DNA of 64,000 bases, taken from NCBI RefSeq assembly GCF_047654785.1, contig NZ_JASGKQ010000002.1, positions 577,268 to 641,267 on the forward strand. Reading direction: 5' to 3'. The translations under genes and the position numbers were made by a program. The notes beneath the pieces were generated by a model. It was not told the origin of the DNA, did not search any database, and saw only the letters and a program-made list of their open reading frames with translations. Shown in pieces: positions 54,714 to 64,000 of this stretch. The stretch is from Roseateles sp. (GTDB lineage: Bacteria; Pseudomonadota; Gammaproteobacteria; Burkholderiales; Burkholderiaceae_C). Position 1 is the first letter of the stretch; each line of letters opens with the position of its first letter.

Positions 54714-56414
54714 TCACACCTGCCCGCCCGCCTTCGCGCCCTTGCCCTGCAGCACCGGCGCGTCCGGCATGCCCAGCAGGTCGGCCGCCAGGGCCTCGGC
54801 CACTTCGATGCCGTCGACGCCGGCCGACATGATCCCGCCCGCGTAGCCGGCGCCCTCGCCGGCCGGGAACAGCCCGCGCACGTTGACGCTCTGGTAGTCG
54901 CGCCCGCGGTTGATGCGCAGCGGGCTGGACGTGCGCGTCTCCACGCCGGTCAGCACCGCGTCCGGGCGGTCGAAGCCGCGGATCTGGCGGGCGAAGGCGG
55001 GCAGGGCCTCGCGGATCGCGTCCAGGCAGTAGGCCGGCAGCGAGCCGCGGCCTTTTTGCTGCAGGTCGGTCAGCGTGACGCCGGGCTTGTAGCTCGGCGC
55101 CACGTCGCCGAACTCGCGGCTGACCTGGCGCTTGACGAAGTCGCCCACCAGCGAACCCGGCGCCAGGTAGCCGCCGCCGCCCAGCTCGTAGGCGCGGCTT
55201 TCCCAGAGGCGCTGGAAGGCCATGCCGTCGAGAGGATTCACGGGGCTGCCGTCGCGCTTGCCATCCTGCCGGTAGTCCTCGGGCGTCAGGCCGACGACGA
55301 TGCCGGCGTTGGCGTTGCGCTCGGCGCGCGAGTACTGGCTCATGCCGTTGGTGACGACGCGGTCGGGCTCGCTGGTCGCGGCGACGACGGTGCCGCCGGG
55401 GCACATGCAGAAGCTGTAGACCGAGCGGCCGTTCTTCGCGTGGTGGACGAGCTTGTAGTCGGCCGCGCCGAGGATGGGGTGGCCGGCGCTGGGGCCGAAG
55501 CGCGCGGCGTCGATCAGGCTCTGCGGGTGCTCGATGCGGTAGCCGATCGAGAAGGGCTTGGCTTCCATCTGCACGCCGCGCGCGTGCAGCATCGTGAACG
55601 TGTCGCGCGCACTGTGGCCGAGCGCGATGACGACGTGGGTCGTGCCGATCTGCTCGCCGGACGCCAGCTGCACGCCGCGCACCGCGCCGTCCTCGATCAG
55701 CAGGTCGGTCATCTTCTGCTGGAAGCGGATCTCGCCGCCCAGCGCCTCGATCTCGGCGCGCATCTTGATGATCATGCTGACGAGGCGGAAGGTGCCGATG
55801 TGCGGCTTGCTGACGAACAGGATCTCTTCCGGCGCGCCGGCCTTGACGAACTCGGCCAGCACCTTGCGCGTCAGGTGGCGCGGGTCGGAGATCTGGCTGT
55901 AGAGCTTGCCGTCCGAGAAGGTGCCGGCGCCGCCCTCGCCGAACTGCACGTTCGATTCGGGGTCCAGCTTCCGCTCGCGCCACAGGCCCCAGGTGTCCTG
56001 CGTGCGCTCGCGCACGGCCTTGCCGCGTTCCAGCACGATGGGCCGCAGGCCCATCTGCGCCAGGATCAGCGCGGCGAACAGGCCGCACGGCCCGAAGCCG
56101 ACGACGACCGGGCGTGGCCCGGCGTACTCGCCGACCTGGGCCAGGAAGCGGTAGCCGGTGTCGGGCGTGGGCCGGACCTGGTGGTCGCCGGCGAAGCGGG
56201 CCAGCACCGCGGCCTCGTCCACCCCGGCGGCCAGCGTGCAGTCCAGCGTGTAGACGAGCTGGATGTCGCTGCGCTTGCGCGCGTCGTAGCCGCGGCGGGC
56301 GACGTGGAGGCCGGCCAGTTCGGCGTCGGCCAGCTTCAGCCGGGCCAGCGCGGCCGGGCGCAGCGCGTCCTCGGCGTGGTTCAGCGGCAGGCGGAGTTCG
56401 TTGATGCGGATCAT
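54714..56414 (-). CDS. FAD-dependent oxidoreductase (COG2509-like)
   Basis: Start at MIRINELRLPL. Dinucleotide-binding VVVGFGPCGLFAAL. About 566 aa. Confidence 0.8.
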   Translation of the reverse strand: MIRINELRLPLNHAEDALRPAALARLKLADAELAGLHVARRGYDARKRSDIQLVYTLDCTLAAGVDEAAVLARFAGDHQVRPTPDTGYRFLAQVGEYAGPRPVVVGFGPCGLFAALILAQMGLRPIVLERGKAVRERTQDTWGLWRERKLDPESNVQFGEGGAGTFSDGKLYSQISDPRHLTRKVLAEFVKAGAPEEILFVSKPHIGTFRLVSMIIKMRAEIEALGGEIRFQQKMTDLLIEDGAVRGVQLASGEQIGTTHVVIALGHSARDTFTMLHARGVQMEAKPFSIGYRIEHPQSLIDAARFGPSAGHPILGAADYKLVHHAKNGRSVYSFCMCPGGTVVAATSEPDRVVTNGMSQYSRAERNANAGIVVGLTPEDYRQDGKRDGSPVNPLDGMAFQRLWESRAYELGGGGYLAPGSLVGDFVKRQVSREFGDVAPSYKPGVTLTDLQQKGRGSLPAYCLDAIREALPAFARQIRGFDRPDAVLTGVETRTSSPLRINRGRDYQSVNVRGLFPAGEGAGYAGGIMSAGVDGIEVAEALAADLLGMPDAPVLQGKGAKAGGQV

Positions 56415-56467
56415 GGTCAGCGGATGCGGGCGTGGGGGCCTCATCCTCTTTGGTCAGTGTCGAGCCG

Positions 56468-56497
56468 ACAAAAACAAACAGGCCCCTCGGGGCCTGT
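56468..56497 (-). terminator. Rho-independent terminator after the 54-aa gene
   Basis: On the minus strand, the CAGGCCCC/GGGGCCTG hairpin is followed by TTTGTTTTTG. Confidence 0.6.
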
Positions 56498-56530
56498 GTG
56501 CGGTGGACCTCCAGGCGGTCGGCCCGGCGA

Positions 56531-56695
56531 TCAGCCCGAGTGCGGGCGCTTGCCCGGGTTCTTCTTGGAGCGGGTGTGCGAGCCGCGCTCCAGGCTGCGC
56601 AGCTGGCCCTTGCCGGCGGTGAAGGTCACGCCCTTGGGGGCGACGGGGCGGGGGGTGGCGCGGCGGTCCGCTTCGGTGATGATCTTGTTGCCCAT
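56531..56695 (-). CDS. Small basic protein (54 aa), not in the supplied ORF track
   Basis: Hand translation gives MGNKIITEADRRATPRPVAPKGVTFTAGKGQLRSLERGSHTRSKKNPGKRPHSG. GGAG lies 6 nt before the ATG. A promoter-like element lies upstream and a terminator downstream. Confidence 0.6.
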   Translation of the reverse strand: MGNKIITEADRRATPRPVAPKGVTFTAGKGQLRSLERGSHTRSKKNPGKRPHSG

Positions 56696-56745
56696 GAGTG
56701 GCTCCAGTGAAACAAGCCCACAGCAGGGGCGTTACGGCGACGAAA

Positions 56746-56781
56746 GGCGCGGATTTTAGCCTGCGGCCCGCCAGGCCTCAA
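56746..56781 (-). promoter_or_regulatory. Promoter-like TTGAGG-N17-TAAAAT followed by CCGCGCC
   Basis: TAAAAT is the reverse complement of 56753-56758 and contains the TAA stop of the upstream gene. TTGAGG is the reverse complement of 56776-56781. The -10-like hexamer starts about 60 nt upstream of the 54-aa ORF start (motif ends 50 nt upstream). Confidence 0.45.
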
Positions 56782-58867
56782 AGTCCGGCCGGTCCATGGG
56801 CCTGGCCACCAGGTAGCCCTGCACCAGGTCGCAGCCGCAGGCCTGGACGGCAGCCAGCTCGCGCTCGTTCTCCACGCCCTCGGCCGTCACGGTCAGGCCC
56901 AGGCCCTGGCCCACGCCGACGATGGACTTCAGCAGCGCCTGCCGGCGCGGGTCGCCGTCCACGTCCTGCACGAAGCTGCGGTCGATCTTCAGCTCGTCCA
57001 CCGGCAGGTGCTGCAGGTAGGCGAGCGAGGACTGGCCGGTGCCGAAGTCGTCGATGGCCAGGCTGACGCCCCAGCTCCTGAGCGCGTGCAGCACGGAGAT
57101 GGGGTCGGTGCCGCTGGCCATCAGGCCGGTCTCGGTCACCTCCAGCTGCAGCTGGCCGGGGTCCACGCGGTACTGGACCAGCAGCGCGGCCAGGCGGGCG
57201 GGCAGGGTCTGGTCCTGGATGTCCAGCGTCGAGATGTTGACGGCGATGGACAGCGGCTCGCGGCCGGCGGCGGCCCAGTCGGCCAGCGTGCGCACGGCGC
57301 GGGCCAGCATCCAGTCGGTGACCTGGCGGATGCGGCCGCTGCGTTCGGCGAAGGGGATGAACTCGGCCGGCGGCAGCCAGCCGCGCTGCGGGTGCCGCCA
57401 GCGCACCAGCGCCTCGGCGCCGGTGATGCGGCCGGTCCTCAGGCAGCGCTTGGGCTGCAGGAACTGGCGCAGCTGGTCCTGCTGGACGGCGGTGGCCAGG
57501 TCGGACAGCAGGCTCAGGTGCAGCGCCCGCGCGGCCTCGGCGTCGGCGCTGTAGACGGCCACCGGCTGGCGCAGCCGCTTGGCCTCGAACATCGCCTGCT
57601 CGGCGCGGCGCAGCAGGGTCTCGGTGTTGGCCGCGTGCTCGGGCCAGTGGGCCACGCCGAGCGACACGGACAGGTCCAGCGCCTGGCCCTGCCAGGAGAG
57701 CTTGTGCTCCACCTCCTCGCGCAGCTGCGCGGCGAGCACGGTGCCGTGGTCCAGCCGCAGCACCGGCGCCAGCGCGGCGAAGGTGCCGCCGGCCAGCCGT
57801 CCGTAGGCGGCCACGCCCTCGAACAGCGTCCGGATCTTGGCGGCCGCGCCCTGCAGCAGCGCGTCGCCGGCCTCGAAGCCCAGCACGCCGTTGACGGCCT
57901 TCAGCCGGTCCACGTCGATGCAGATCAGCACGGCCAGCTGCTCGCGCTCGGGCAGGTTGGCCAGCAGGCGGTCGCCGTCGGCGATGAAGCGGGCGCGCTG
58001 CGGCAGGCCGGTCAGCAGGTCCACGTCGGCGAGCTGGCGCAGCTCGGCCTCGCGCTCGCCCACGGCGGCGGCCATGGTGTTCATCGCGGAGGCCATGTGG
58101 CCCACCTCGTCGGCGGCGTCCACGTCGATGCGGTGGCCGTACTGGCCCTGGGCGATGCGCTCGGCGCCGGCCTCGGCGCGCTTCAGCGGCGCGGTGATGG
58201 AGCGCGTGACGCCCACCGCCAGCAGCACGCCGCCGACCAGCGCGGACAGGCACAGCGCCAGCACGCCGGCCCGGTCGGCGTCGATCTGGTCGCGCAGCTC
58301 GCGCGCCATCGCGGTGCCGGCGCGGTCCTCGCTGGTGGCCAGCTGGTGGATGGCGCCGACGAGCTGCGACAGCGCCGCCTCGGTGTCGCTGCCCAGCAGC
58401 GCGCGGGCGGCCTGGAACTCGTCGCCTTCGATCAGGTCGCGCACCGCGATGTAGCTGGCGCGGTACGCGGCCAGGCGCTCGCGCACGTCGCCCAGGCGCT
58501 CGCTGCGCGGCCCCGGCGGCAGCACCAGGGACAGGCGTCGCATGGCGTCGTCCAGCCGCTCGCTGGCGGCGGCGATGTCGCCGTAGGCGGCCACGCGCAG
58601 CCCGGCGTCGGGGCTCATCAGCACCAGCAGCTTGCGGGTCGCGGCCTCGGCGCTGCGGTTGATCTCGTTGACCGAGTGCCGGACGACGGCCTGCTCGTCG
58701 ACGATGCGGTTCAGCGCCTCGGACAGCCCGGCGAGCCGGTACATGGACAGCGCCGCCAGCGCCAGCAGCAGCAACAGCAGCAGCGCGAACGCCAGGCCCA
58801 GCCGGGTGCGGATGCGCAGCCGCCGGGACAGGCGGCTCAGCGGCCGGGCCGAAGGCGTCACGGCCAC
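56756..58867 (-). CDS. Membrane sensor: 4-helix-bundle/HAMP + degenerate GGDEF + EAL phosphodiesterase
   Basis: Two TM segments flank a periplasmic helical region, followed by HAMP. The GGDEF position reads RLAGGTFAA, which is degenerate. EAL motifs EALVRWRHP and DDFGTGQSSL are intact. Confidence 0.85.
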   Translation of the reverse strand: MAVTPSARPLSRLSRRLRIRTRLGLAFALLLLLLLALAALSMYRLAGLSEALNRIVDEQAVVRHSVNEINRSAEAATRKLLVLMSPDAGLRVAAYGDIAAASERLDDAMRRLSLVLPPGPRSERLGDVRERLAAYRASYIAVRDLIEGDEFQAARALLGSDTEAALSQLVGAIHQLATSEDRAGTAMARELRDQIDADRAGVLALCLSALVGGVLLAVGVTRSITAPLKRAEAGAERIAQGQYGHRIDVDAADEVGHMASAMNTMAAAVGEREAELRQLADVDLLTGLPQRARFIADGDRLLANLPEREQLAVLICIDVDRLKAVNGVLGFEAGDALLQGAAAKIRTLFEGVAAYGRLAGGTFAALAPVLRLDHGTVLAAQLREEVEHKLSWQGQALDLSVSLGVAHWPEHAANTETLLRRAEQAMFEAKRLRQPVAVYSADAEAARALHLSLLSDLATAVQQDQLRQFLQPKRCLRTGRITGAEALVRWRHPQRGWLPPAEFIPFAERSGRIRQVTDWMLARAVRTLADWAAAGREPLSIAVNISTLDIQDQTLPARLAALLVQYRVDPGQLQLEVTETGLMASGTDPISVLHALRSWGVSLAIDDFGTGQSSLAYLQHLPVDELKIDRSFVQDVDGDPRRQALLKSIVGVGQGLGLTVTAEGVENERELAAVQACGCDLVQGYLVARPMDRPDFEAWRAAG

Positions 58868-58901
58868 GGCCTTCGCATCGGGCGCCGCGCCGCGCGGCCG
58901 C

Positions 58902-59270
58902 TCACACGGCGCTCCAGCGCGCCAGCAGCAGCCGCGCGGTGGCCACGTTGGTGGCGCAGGGCACGTCGTGGACGTCGCAGGCGCGCACCAGCGCGTTGAT
59001 GTCGGGCTCGTGGGGCTGCGGCGTCATCGGGTCGCGCAGGAAGACCACGCCGTCCAGCCCGCCGGTCGCCAGCCGCGCGCCGATCTGCAGGTCGCCGCCC
59101 AGCGGGCCGCTGAGCATGCGCTCGATGGGCAGGCCGTGCGCCTCGGCCAGCCGGGCGCCGGTGGTGCCCGTGGCCAGCAGCGTGCAGCGGCGCAGCAGCG
59201 GCAGGAAGTCGCCGGCCAGGGCGATCATGGCGTCCTTCTTGCCGTCGTGGGCGATCAGAGCGAGCTTCAT
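58902..59270 (-). CDS. mgsA: Methylglyoxal synthase
   Basis: [18 protein letters not shown] and [17 protein letters not shown] signatures. Confidence 0.9.
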   Translation of the reverse strand: MKLALIAHDGKKDAMIALAGDFLPLLRRCTLLATGTTGARLAEAHGLPIERMLSGPLGGDLQIGARLATGGLDGVVFLRDPMTPQPHEPDINALVRACDVHDVPCATNVATARLLLARWSAV

Positions 59271-59317
59271 GGGTGGGCGAGGGGAGAGGGCCGCAAAGCG
59301 GCGACGTTACACGCGCT

Positions 59318-59956
59318 TCAGGGCAGGACGGAGACGCGCAGCTGCAATTCGCGCTCTGGCGCGCCGGCAGCGTCAAGACTGCTCACCGTGCCGGGCGGCG
59401 CCGTGGCGCCCAGGCCGCCGGCAGCGCCGCCGACGTGCGCGACGGCCTGCCAGCGCCCCAGCGCCAGCTGCCGGGTGGCCTGCAGCACGCGGCCGTCCTC
59501 GTCCACCCGGAACTCGACCCGCACCGGCGCCCGGCCGCCCGGCCAGGTGGGCGTGACCGTGAATGCCTGCGCACCCGCGCCCGCGTGCGGCGCCGGGCGG
59601 GCGTGGAGGCGGCGCACGGCGCCCGCCGGGTCCAGCGTGACGACCGCGTCCACCTGCTGCGGCGGCGGCGCGGCCGCCGCCAGCCGCAGCATGGCGCGCT
59701 GGCCGTTCAGCACCGTCAGCCGCTGCCCGGGCGCGGGCGCGGGCGGCGCGGTGGCCGTGACGGTGCCCGGCCCGCGCGGCGAGACGGCGCCGGCCGTGCC
59801 GGCCACCCGCGCGCCGTCGCGGACGCCGGCCTGCGCCGCCGGGGCCCAGCGGCCATCGACCCAGCGCAGCTCCACCAGCAGCGTCACCGCCGGCGGCGCG
59901 GCCCGGGCGGGCCGGGCGAACAGGCTGGGCAGCAGCAGGCAGAGGCGGCGCTTCAT
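59318..59956 (-). CDS. Hypothetical secreted protein (212 aa)
   Basis: Start at MKRRLCLLLPSLFARPARA (signal peptide). Ala/Pro/Gly-rich. No recognisable domain. Confidence 0.5.
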   Translation of the reverse strand: MKRRLCLLLPSLFARPARAAPPAVTLLVELRWVDGRWAPAAQAGVRDGARVAGTAGAVSPRGPGTVTATAPPAPAPGQRLTVLNGQRAMLRLAAAAPPPQQVDAVVTLDPAGAVRRLHARPAPHAGAGAQAFTVTPTWPGGRAPVRVEFRVDEDGRVLQATRQLALGRWQAVAHVGGAAGGLGATAPPGTVSSLDAAGAPERELQLRVSVLP

Positions 59957-59967
59957 GCCGCCGCAGC

Positions 59968-60861
59968 TTAGGGCGGCGCGGGCCGGGCCGGCCGCCGCAA
60001 AAGCCGGGGCCCGAACAGGTTGATCGCCAGACCGGCCAGCACCAGCGCCGCGGCCGCCAGCTTCCACGGCGGCAGCGGCTCGCCCAGCAGCAGGCTGGCC
60101 GAGCCCATGCCGAACACCGGCACCAGCAGCGCCATCGGCACGATGCGCCCGGCCGGGTGGCGGGCCAGCAGCCAGCTCCAGGCGCCGTAGCCGAACAGCG
60201 TGTTGGCGAAGGACTGCCACAGCACCGCCGCCCAGGTGCCGGCGTCGGCCGCGGCCAGCCCGGCGGCGATGCGCGGCGGCCCGTCGATCAGCAGCGCCAG
60301 CGCCAGCAGCGGCGGCACGGCGAAGGCGCTGCTCCAGACCACGTAGGCCAGCATGTCGATGCGGCCGGCGCGCTGCGTCAGCAGGTTGGCGCAGGCCCAC
60401 GAGAACGCGGCGGCCAGCACCATGGCCAGGCCCAGCGGCGTGGTCGTGCCGTCGGTGTGCGCCACGATGACGGCCACGCCGCCGGCCGCCAGCGCCAGGC
60501 CCAGCCAGGTGGCGCCGGCCACGCGCTCGCCGCGCAGCCGCACGGCCAGCAGCAGCGTGAAGAACACCTGCGTCTGCACCACCAGCGAGGCCAGCCCCGG
60601 CGAGATCTGGCTGCGCATGGCCAGGTACAGCAGGCCGAACTGGCCCACGCCGATCAGCACGCCGTAGCCGGCGAGGTTGCGCCAGTCCACCTGCGGGCGG
60701 CGCAGGAAGAGGCAGGCCGGCAGCAGCGCGAAGCTGAAGCGCAGCACGGCCAGCGTCATCGGCGGCAGCGTGTGCAGCGCGTACTTGATGACGACGAAGT
60801 TGCTGCCCCAGACCGCGACGACGGCGAGGGCGAGCAGCAGGTGGCGCAGCGGCAGGGCCAT
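59968..60861 (-). CDS. EamA/DMT-family transporter
   Basis: Ten predicted TM helices. The WGSNFVVIKYAL N-terminal EamA pattern is duplicated. Confidence 0.85.
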   Translation of the reverse strand: MALPLRHLLLALAVVAVWGSNFVVIKYALHTLPPMTLAVLRFSFALLPACLFLRRPQVDWRNLAGYGVLIGVGQFGLLYLAMRSQISPGLASLVVQTQVFFTLLLAVRLRGERVAGATWLGLALAAGGVAVIVAHTDGTTTPLGLAMVLAAAFSWACANLLTQRAGRIDMLAYVVWSSAFAVPPLLALALLIDGPPRIAAGLAAADAGTWAAVLWQSFANTLFGYGAWSWLLARHPAGRIVPMALLVPVFGMGSASLLLGEPLPPWKLAAAALVLAGLAINLFGPRLLRRPARPAPP

Positions 60862-60957
60862 CGGGCGTGCGGGGGGCGGTGGGGCGGGGAGCCGACTATG
60901 CCAGCGGCGGCGCGTTCACCCGTGCCCCTGCGGCAGGCGGAAGGGGGCGCGCGGCGC

Positions 60958-61461
60958 TCACGGCCGGGCGTCCAGGTGCCCCAGCGGCAGCGCGCCGCCG
61001 GCCTTGACCTCGCCCAGCGAGAAGCGGGTGTGGATGTCCTTGACGTTGGGCAGGTTCAGCAGCGTGTCGATGGAGAAGCGCGAGAAGGCGTCCAGGTCGG
61101 TCGCCATGACCTGCAGCTCGAAGGTGCCGGTGCCGGAGATGTAGTGGCAGGCGATCACCTCGGGCAGCCGGCGGATGGCGTCCTCCAGCGGCTTGGTGGC
61201 GGCGCCGGCGCTGCGCTCGGCGTCCAGCCGCACGAAGGCCAGCACGCCCAGGCCGATGCGCCGCCGGTCGATCTCGGCGCGGTAGCCGGTGATGTAGCCC
61301 TGCGCCTCCAGCCACTTCACGCGCCGCCACGTGGGCGCGGCCGACAGGCCGATGCGCTGGGCCAGCTCGGCGTTGGACAGGCGCGCGTCGCGCTGCAGCT
61401 CGGCCAGGATGGCGATGTGGTAGCGGTCCAGCGCGTCGGGCGCGTCCTCGGTCGTGCTCAT
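60958..61461 (-). CDS. Lrp/AsnC-family transcriptional regulator
   Basis: Start at MSTTEDAPDALDRYHIAILAELQRDARLSNAELAQRIGLS (HTH), followed by a RAM domain. Divergent from the oxidoreductase gene. Confidence 0.9.
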   Translation of the reverse strand: MSTTEDAPDALDRYHIAILAELQRDARLSNAELAQRIGLSAAPTWRRVKWLEAQGYITGYRAEIDRRRIGLGVLAFVRLDAERSAGAATKPLEDAIRRLPEVIACHYISGTGTFELQVMATDLDAFSRFSIDTLLNLPNVKDIHTRFSLGEVKAGGALPLGHLDARP

Positions 61462-61481
61462 GGTTTGCCCTGATCCGTCTA

Positions 61482-61520
61482 TTCTCGATATGAAAATTTC
61501 TTGCTGAGCATATTGGAGAA
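61482..61520. promoter_or_regulatory. AT-rich imperfect inverted repeat in the Lrp/IOR divergent region
   Basis: TTCTCgATATG-N16-CATATtgGAGAA. Confidence 0.3.
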
Positions 61521-61680
61521 AGGGTGTTGCCACGATGGGCCGGAACGGGCGCCAATGAGAAAGCACCCCGCGCCCGGCTTTTCCTACACTGGCCGGCCGG
61601 GCCGAGTTGCACCACACTGGCCCGCAGCCCGCGCGCCGCCTCACAAGGGCCGGCGCGCCAGCCAACCCAGGAGCCGCCCC

Positions 61681-64000
61681 ATGAACGCCCCGCTGCCCGA
61701 ACACATCCTGAAGTCGCTCCGGACGGTCACGCTCGACGACAAATACGCCCTGGACTCCGGCCGGGCCTTCATGAGCGGCGTGCAGGCGCTGGTGCGGCTG
61801 CCGATGCTGCAGCGCACGCGCGACGCGCTGGCCGGGCTGAACACGGCCGGCTTCATCAGCGGCTACCGCGGCTCGCCGCTGGGCACCTATGACCAGGCGC
61901 TGTGGGCGGCCAGGCAGCACCTGGCCAAGCAGCACGTCGTGTTCCAGCCCGGCGTCAACGAGGAACTCGGCGCGACGGCCGTCTGGGGCACGCAGCAGCT
62001 GGCGCTGTTCCCCGAGAAGGCGAAGTTCGACGGCGTGTTCGGCCTCTGGTACGGCAAGGGCCCGGGCGTGGACCGCTGCATCGACGTGTTCAAGCACGCC
62101 AACATGGCCGGCACGTCCAGGCACGGTGGCGTCATCGCCATCGCCGGCGACGACCACATCGCCAAGAGCAGCACCGCCGCGCACCAGAGCGACCATGTGT
62201 TCAAGGCGGTCGGCTTCCCGACCTTCTTCCCGAGCAGCGTGCAGGACATCCTCGACATGGGCCTGCACGCCTTCGCGATGAGCCGCTTCTCGGGGCTGTG
62301 GGCGGGCATGAAGACCATCCAGGAGATCGTCGAGTCCTCGGCCTCGATCAGCGTGGACCCGGACCGCGTCAACATCGTGCTGCCCGATGACTTCCAGATG
62401 CCCGAGGGCGGCCTGCACATCCGCTGGCCCGACCCGCCGCTGGAGCAGGAAGCGCGGATGATGAACTTCAAGTGGTATGCCGCGCTGGCCTACATCCGCG
62501 CGAACCGGCTGAACCACAACGTCATCGAGGGGCCGAACGACCGCTTCGGCCTCATCACCAGCGGCAAGGCCTTCAACGACACCCGCCAGGCGCTGCACGA
62601 CCTCGGCCTGGACGACGCGACCTGCCGCCGCATCGGCATCCGGCTGCACAAGGTCAACGTCGTCTGGCCGCTGGAGGCGCAGATCACGCGCGAGTTCGCC
62701 CGGGGGCTGCAGGAGATCCTGGTCGTCGAGGAGAAGCGACAGATCATCGAGTACCAGGTCAAGGAAGAGCTCTACAACTGGCGCGCCGACGTGCGCCCCA
62801 ACGTGCTCGGCAAGTTCGACGCGGGCGACGGCGAGGGCGGCGAGTGGAGCGTGCCCAACCCCAGCGAGCACTGGTTGCTGCGCCCGCAGGCCGACCTGAC
62901 GCCGGCCCTGATCGCCCGCGCGATCGCCAAGCGCCTGAAGAAGCTGGGCGTGGACGCCGACATCGCCGCCCGGCTGGATGCGCGCCTGGCCGTCATCGAC
63001 GCCAAGGAGGCCTCGCTGAAGGCCGAGGAAAAGACCGCCGGCGGCGCCGACCGCACGCCCTGGTTCTGCTCCGGCTGCCCGCACAACACCTCCACGCGCG
63101 TGCCCGACGGCAGCCGCGCGGTCGGCGGCATCGGCTGCCACTACATGGTCACCTGGATGCCTGGCCGCAACACTGCCACCTTCACGCAGATGGGCGGCGA
63201 GGGCGTGCCCTGGGCCGGCCAGGCGCCGTTCACGGACGAAAAGCACATCTTCAGCAACCTCGGCGACGGCACCTATTTCCACAGCGGCAGCCTCGCCATC
63301 CGCCAGAGCATCGCGGCGGGCGTCAACATCACCTACAAGATCCTCTACAACGACGCGGTGGCGATGACCGGCGGCCAGACCGTCGGCGAGCGGCCCGAGG
63401 GCCACACCGTCCTCCAGATCATGAACAGCGTGATCTCGGAGGGCGTGAAGAAGCTCGTCATCGCCACCGACGACCCGGCCAAGTACGAAGGCGTGGCGCT
63501 GGCCCCCGGCGTCACCGTGCACCACCGCGACGAGCTGGACGCCCTCCAGCGCCAGTTCCGCGAGATCGAGGGCACGACGGCCATCATCTACGACCAGACC
63601 TGCGCCACCGAGAAGCGCCGCCGCCGCAAGCGCGGCAAGATGGCGGACCCGGCCAAGCGCGTCGTCATCAACGAACTGGTCTGCGAGGGCTGCGGCGACT
63701 GCTCCGTGCAGTCCAACTGCCTGTCGGTCGAGCCGCTGGAGACCGATTTCGGCCGCAAGCGCCAGATCAACCAGAACAGCTGCAACAAGGACTACTCCTG
63801 CGTGAAGGGCTTCTGCCCGAGCTTCGTCACCGTCGAGGGCGGCGAGCTGCGCAAGCCCAAGAAGGACAGCCGCAAGAGCCCCTTCGACGCCGGCCTCCCG
63901 GCGCTGCCCCTGCCCGTCGTCCCGGACGCGGAATCGGCCTGGGGCATCGTCGTCGCCGGTGTCGGCGGCACGGGCGTCATCACCATCGGCCAGTTGCTCG
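61681..64000 (+). CDS. Indolepyruvate/2-oxoacid:ferredoxin oxidoreductase, fused alpha/beta type (3' end beyond window)
   Basis: AGGAG lies 7 nt before ATG 61681. MNAPLPEHILKSLRTVTLDDKYAL...FMSGVQALVRLPM. Cys clusters CSGCPHN and CEGCGDCSVQSNC. The frame is open to the window end. Confidence 0.9.
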   Translation, partial: MNAPLPEHILKSLRTVTLDDKYALDSGRAFMSGVQALVRLPMLQRTRDALAGLNTAGFISGYRGSPLGTYDQALWAARQHLAKQHVVFQPGVNEELGATAVWGTQQLALFPEKAKFDGVFGLWYGKGPGVDRCIDVFKHANMAGTSRHGGVIAIAGDDHIAKSSTAAHQSDHVFKAVGFPTFFPSSVQDILDMGLHAFAMSRFSGLWAGMKTIQEIVESSASISVDPDRVNIVLPDDFQMPEGGLHIRWPDPPLEQEARMMNFKWYAALAYIRANRLNHNVIEGPNDRFGLITSGKAFNDTRQALHDLGLDDATCRRIGIRLHKVNVVWPLEAQITREFARGLQEILVVEEKRQIIEYQVKEELYNWRADVRPNVLGKFDAGDGEGGEWSVPNPSEHWLLRPQADLTPALIARAIAKRLKKLGVDADIAARLDARLAVIDAKEASLKAEEKTAGGADRTPWFCSGCPHNTSTRVPDGSRAVGGIGCHYMVTWMPGRNTATFTQMGGEGVPWAGQAPFTDEKHIFSNLGDGTYFHSGSLAIRQSIAAGVNITYKILYNDAVAMTGGQTVGERPEGHTVLQIMNSVISEGVKKLVIATDDPAKYEGVALAPGVTVHHRDELDALQRQFREIEGTTAIIYDQTCATEKRRRRKRGKMADPAKRVVINELVCEGCGDCSVQSNCLSVEPLETDFGRKRQINQNSCNKDYSCVKGFCPSFVTVEGGELRKPKKDSRKSPFDAGLPALPLPVVPDAESAWGIVVAGVGGTGVITIGQLL

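Overview
The window is about 70% GC, gene-dense chromosomal DNA, most likely from a betaproteobacterium (Burkholderiales/Comamonadaceae-like; this is inference from gene content and order). I found no rRNA, tRNA, CRISPR array, transposase or integrase. All family calls come from motifs read in the supplied translations and from memory. No searches were run.

Housekeeping content includes gshA, tdk, ung, trpE-trpG-(threonine aldolase)-trpD-trpC, gph, psuK/psuG, an RND efflux pair, rpe, tag, apaG, mltA, mgsA, and an Lrp regulator divergent from a fused indolepyruvate:ferredoxin oxidoreductase. There are also four c-di-GMP turnover proteins.

Three regions stand out:

1. **Operon at 16.8-20.5 kb (minus strand).** This tightly coupled five-gene operon encodes a low-GC Cys-rich protein with a Tat signal, a PqqD-like peptide chaperone, an HprK-related P-loop kinase, an NTP_transf_5 nucleotidyltransferase and a PssA-like CDP-alcohol phosphatidyltransferase. 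It looks like an uncharacterised protein or peptide modification system. An orphan PEP-CTERM-type TPR lipoprotein (PrsT-like) lies nearby.

2. **Locus at 45.9-54.6 kb.** An OPT transporter-DUF917 operon and an inverted DUF917-TonB receptor-M14 carboxypeptidase operon flank an IclR regulator. Each operon is preceded by a near-identical promoter plus double-palindrome operator module.

3. **Recurrent non-coding signals.** These are a composite hairpin repeat family (three copies), a 17-mer TTCCTAGAATCCGCGCC-type motif that always points at a gene start, two paralogous zinc-ribbon mini-proteins flanking tdk, an unlisted 54-aa gene with its own promoter, SD and terminator, and a HepT/MNT toxin-antitoxin pair.

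Many long ORFs in the six-frame track are antisense or out-of-frame shadows typical of high-GC DNA, and I rejected them.
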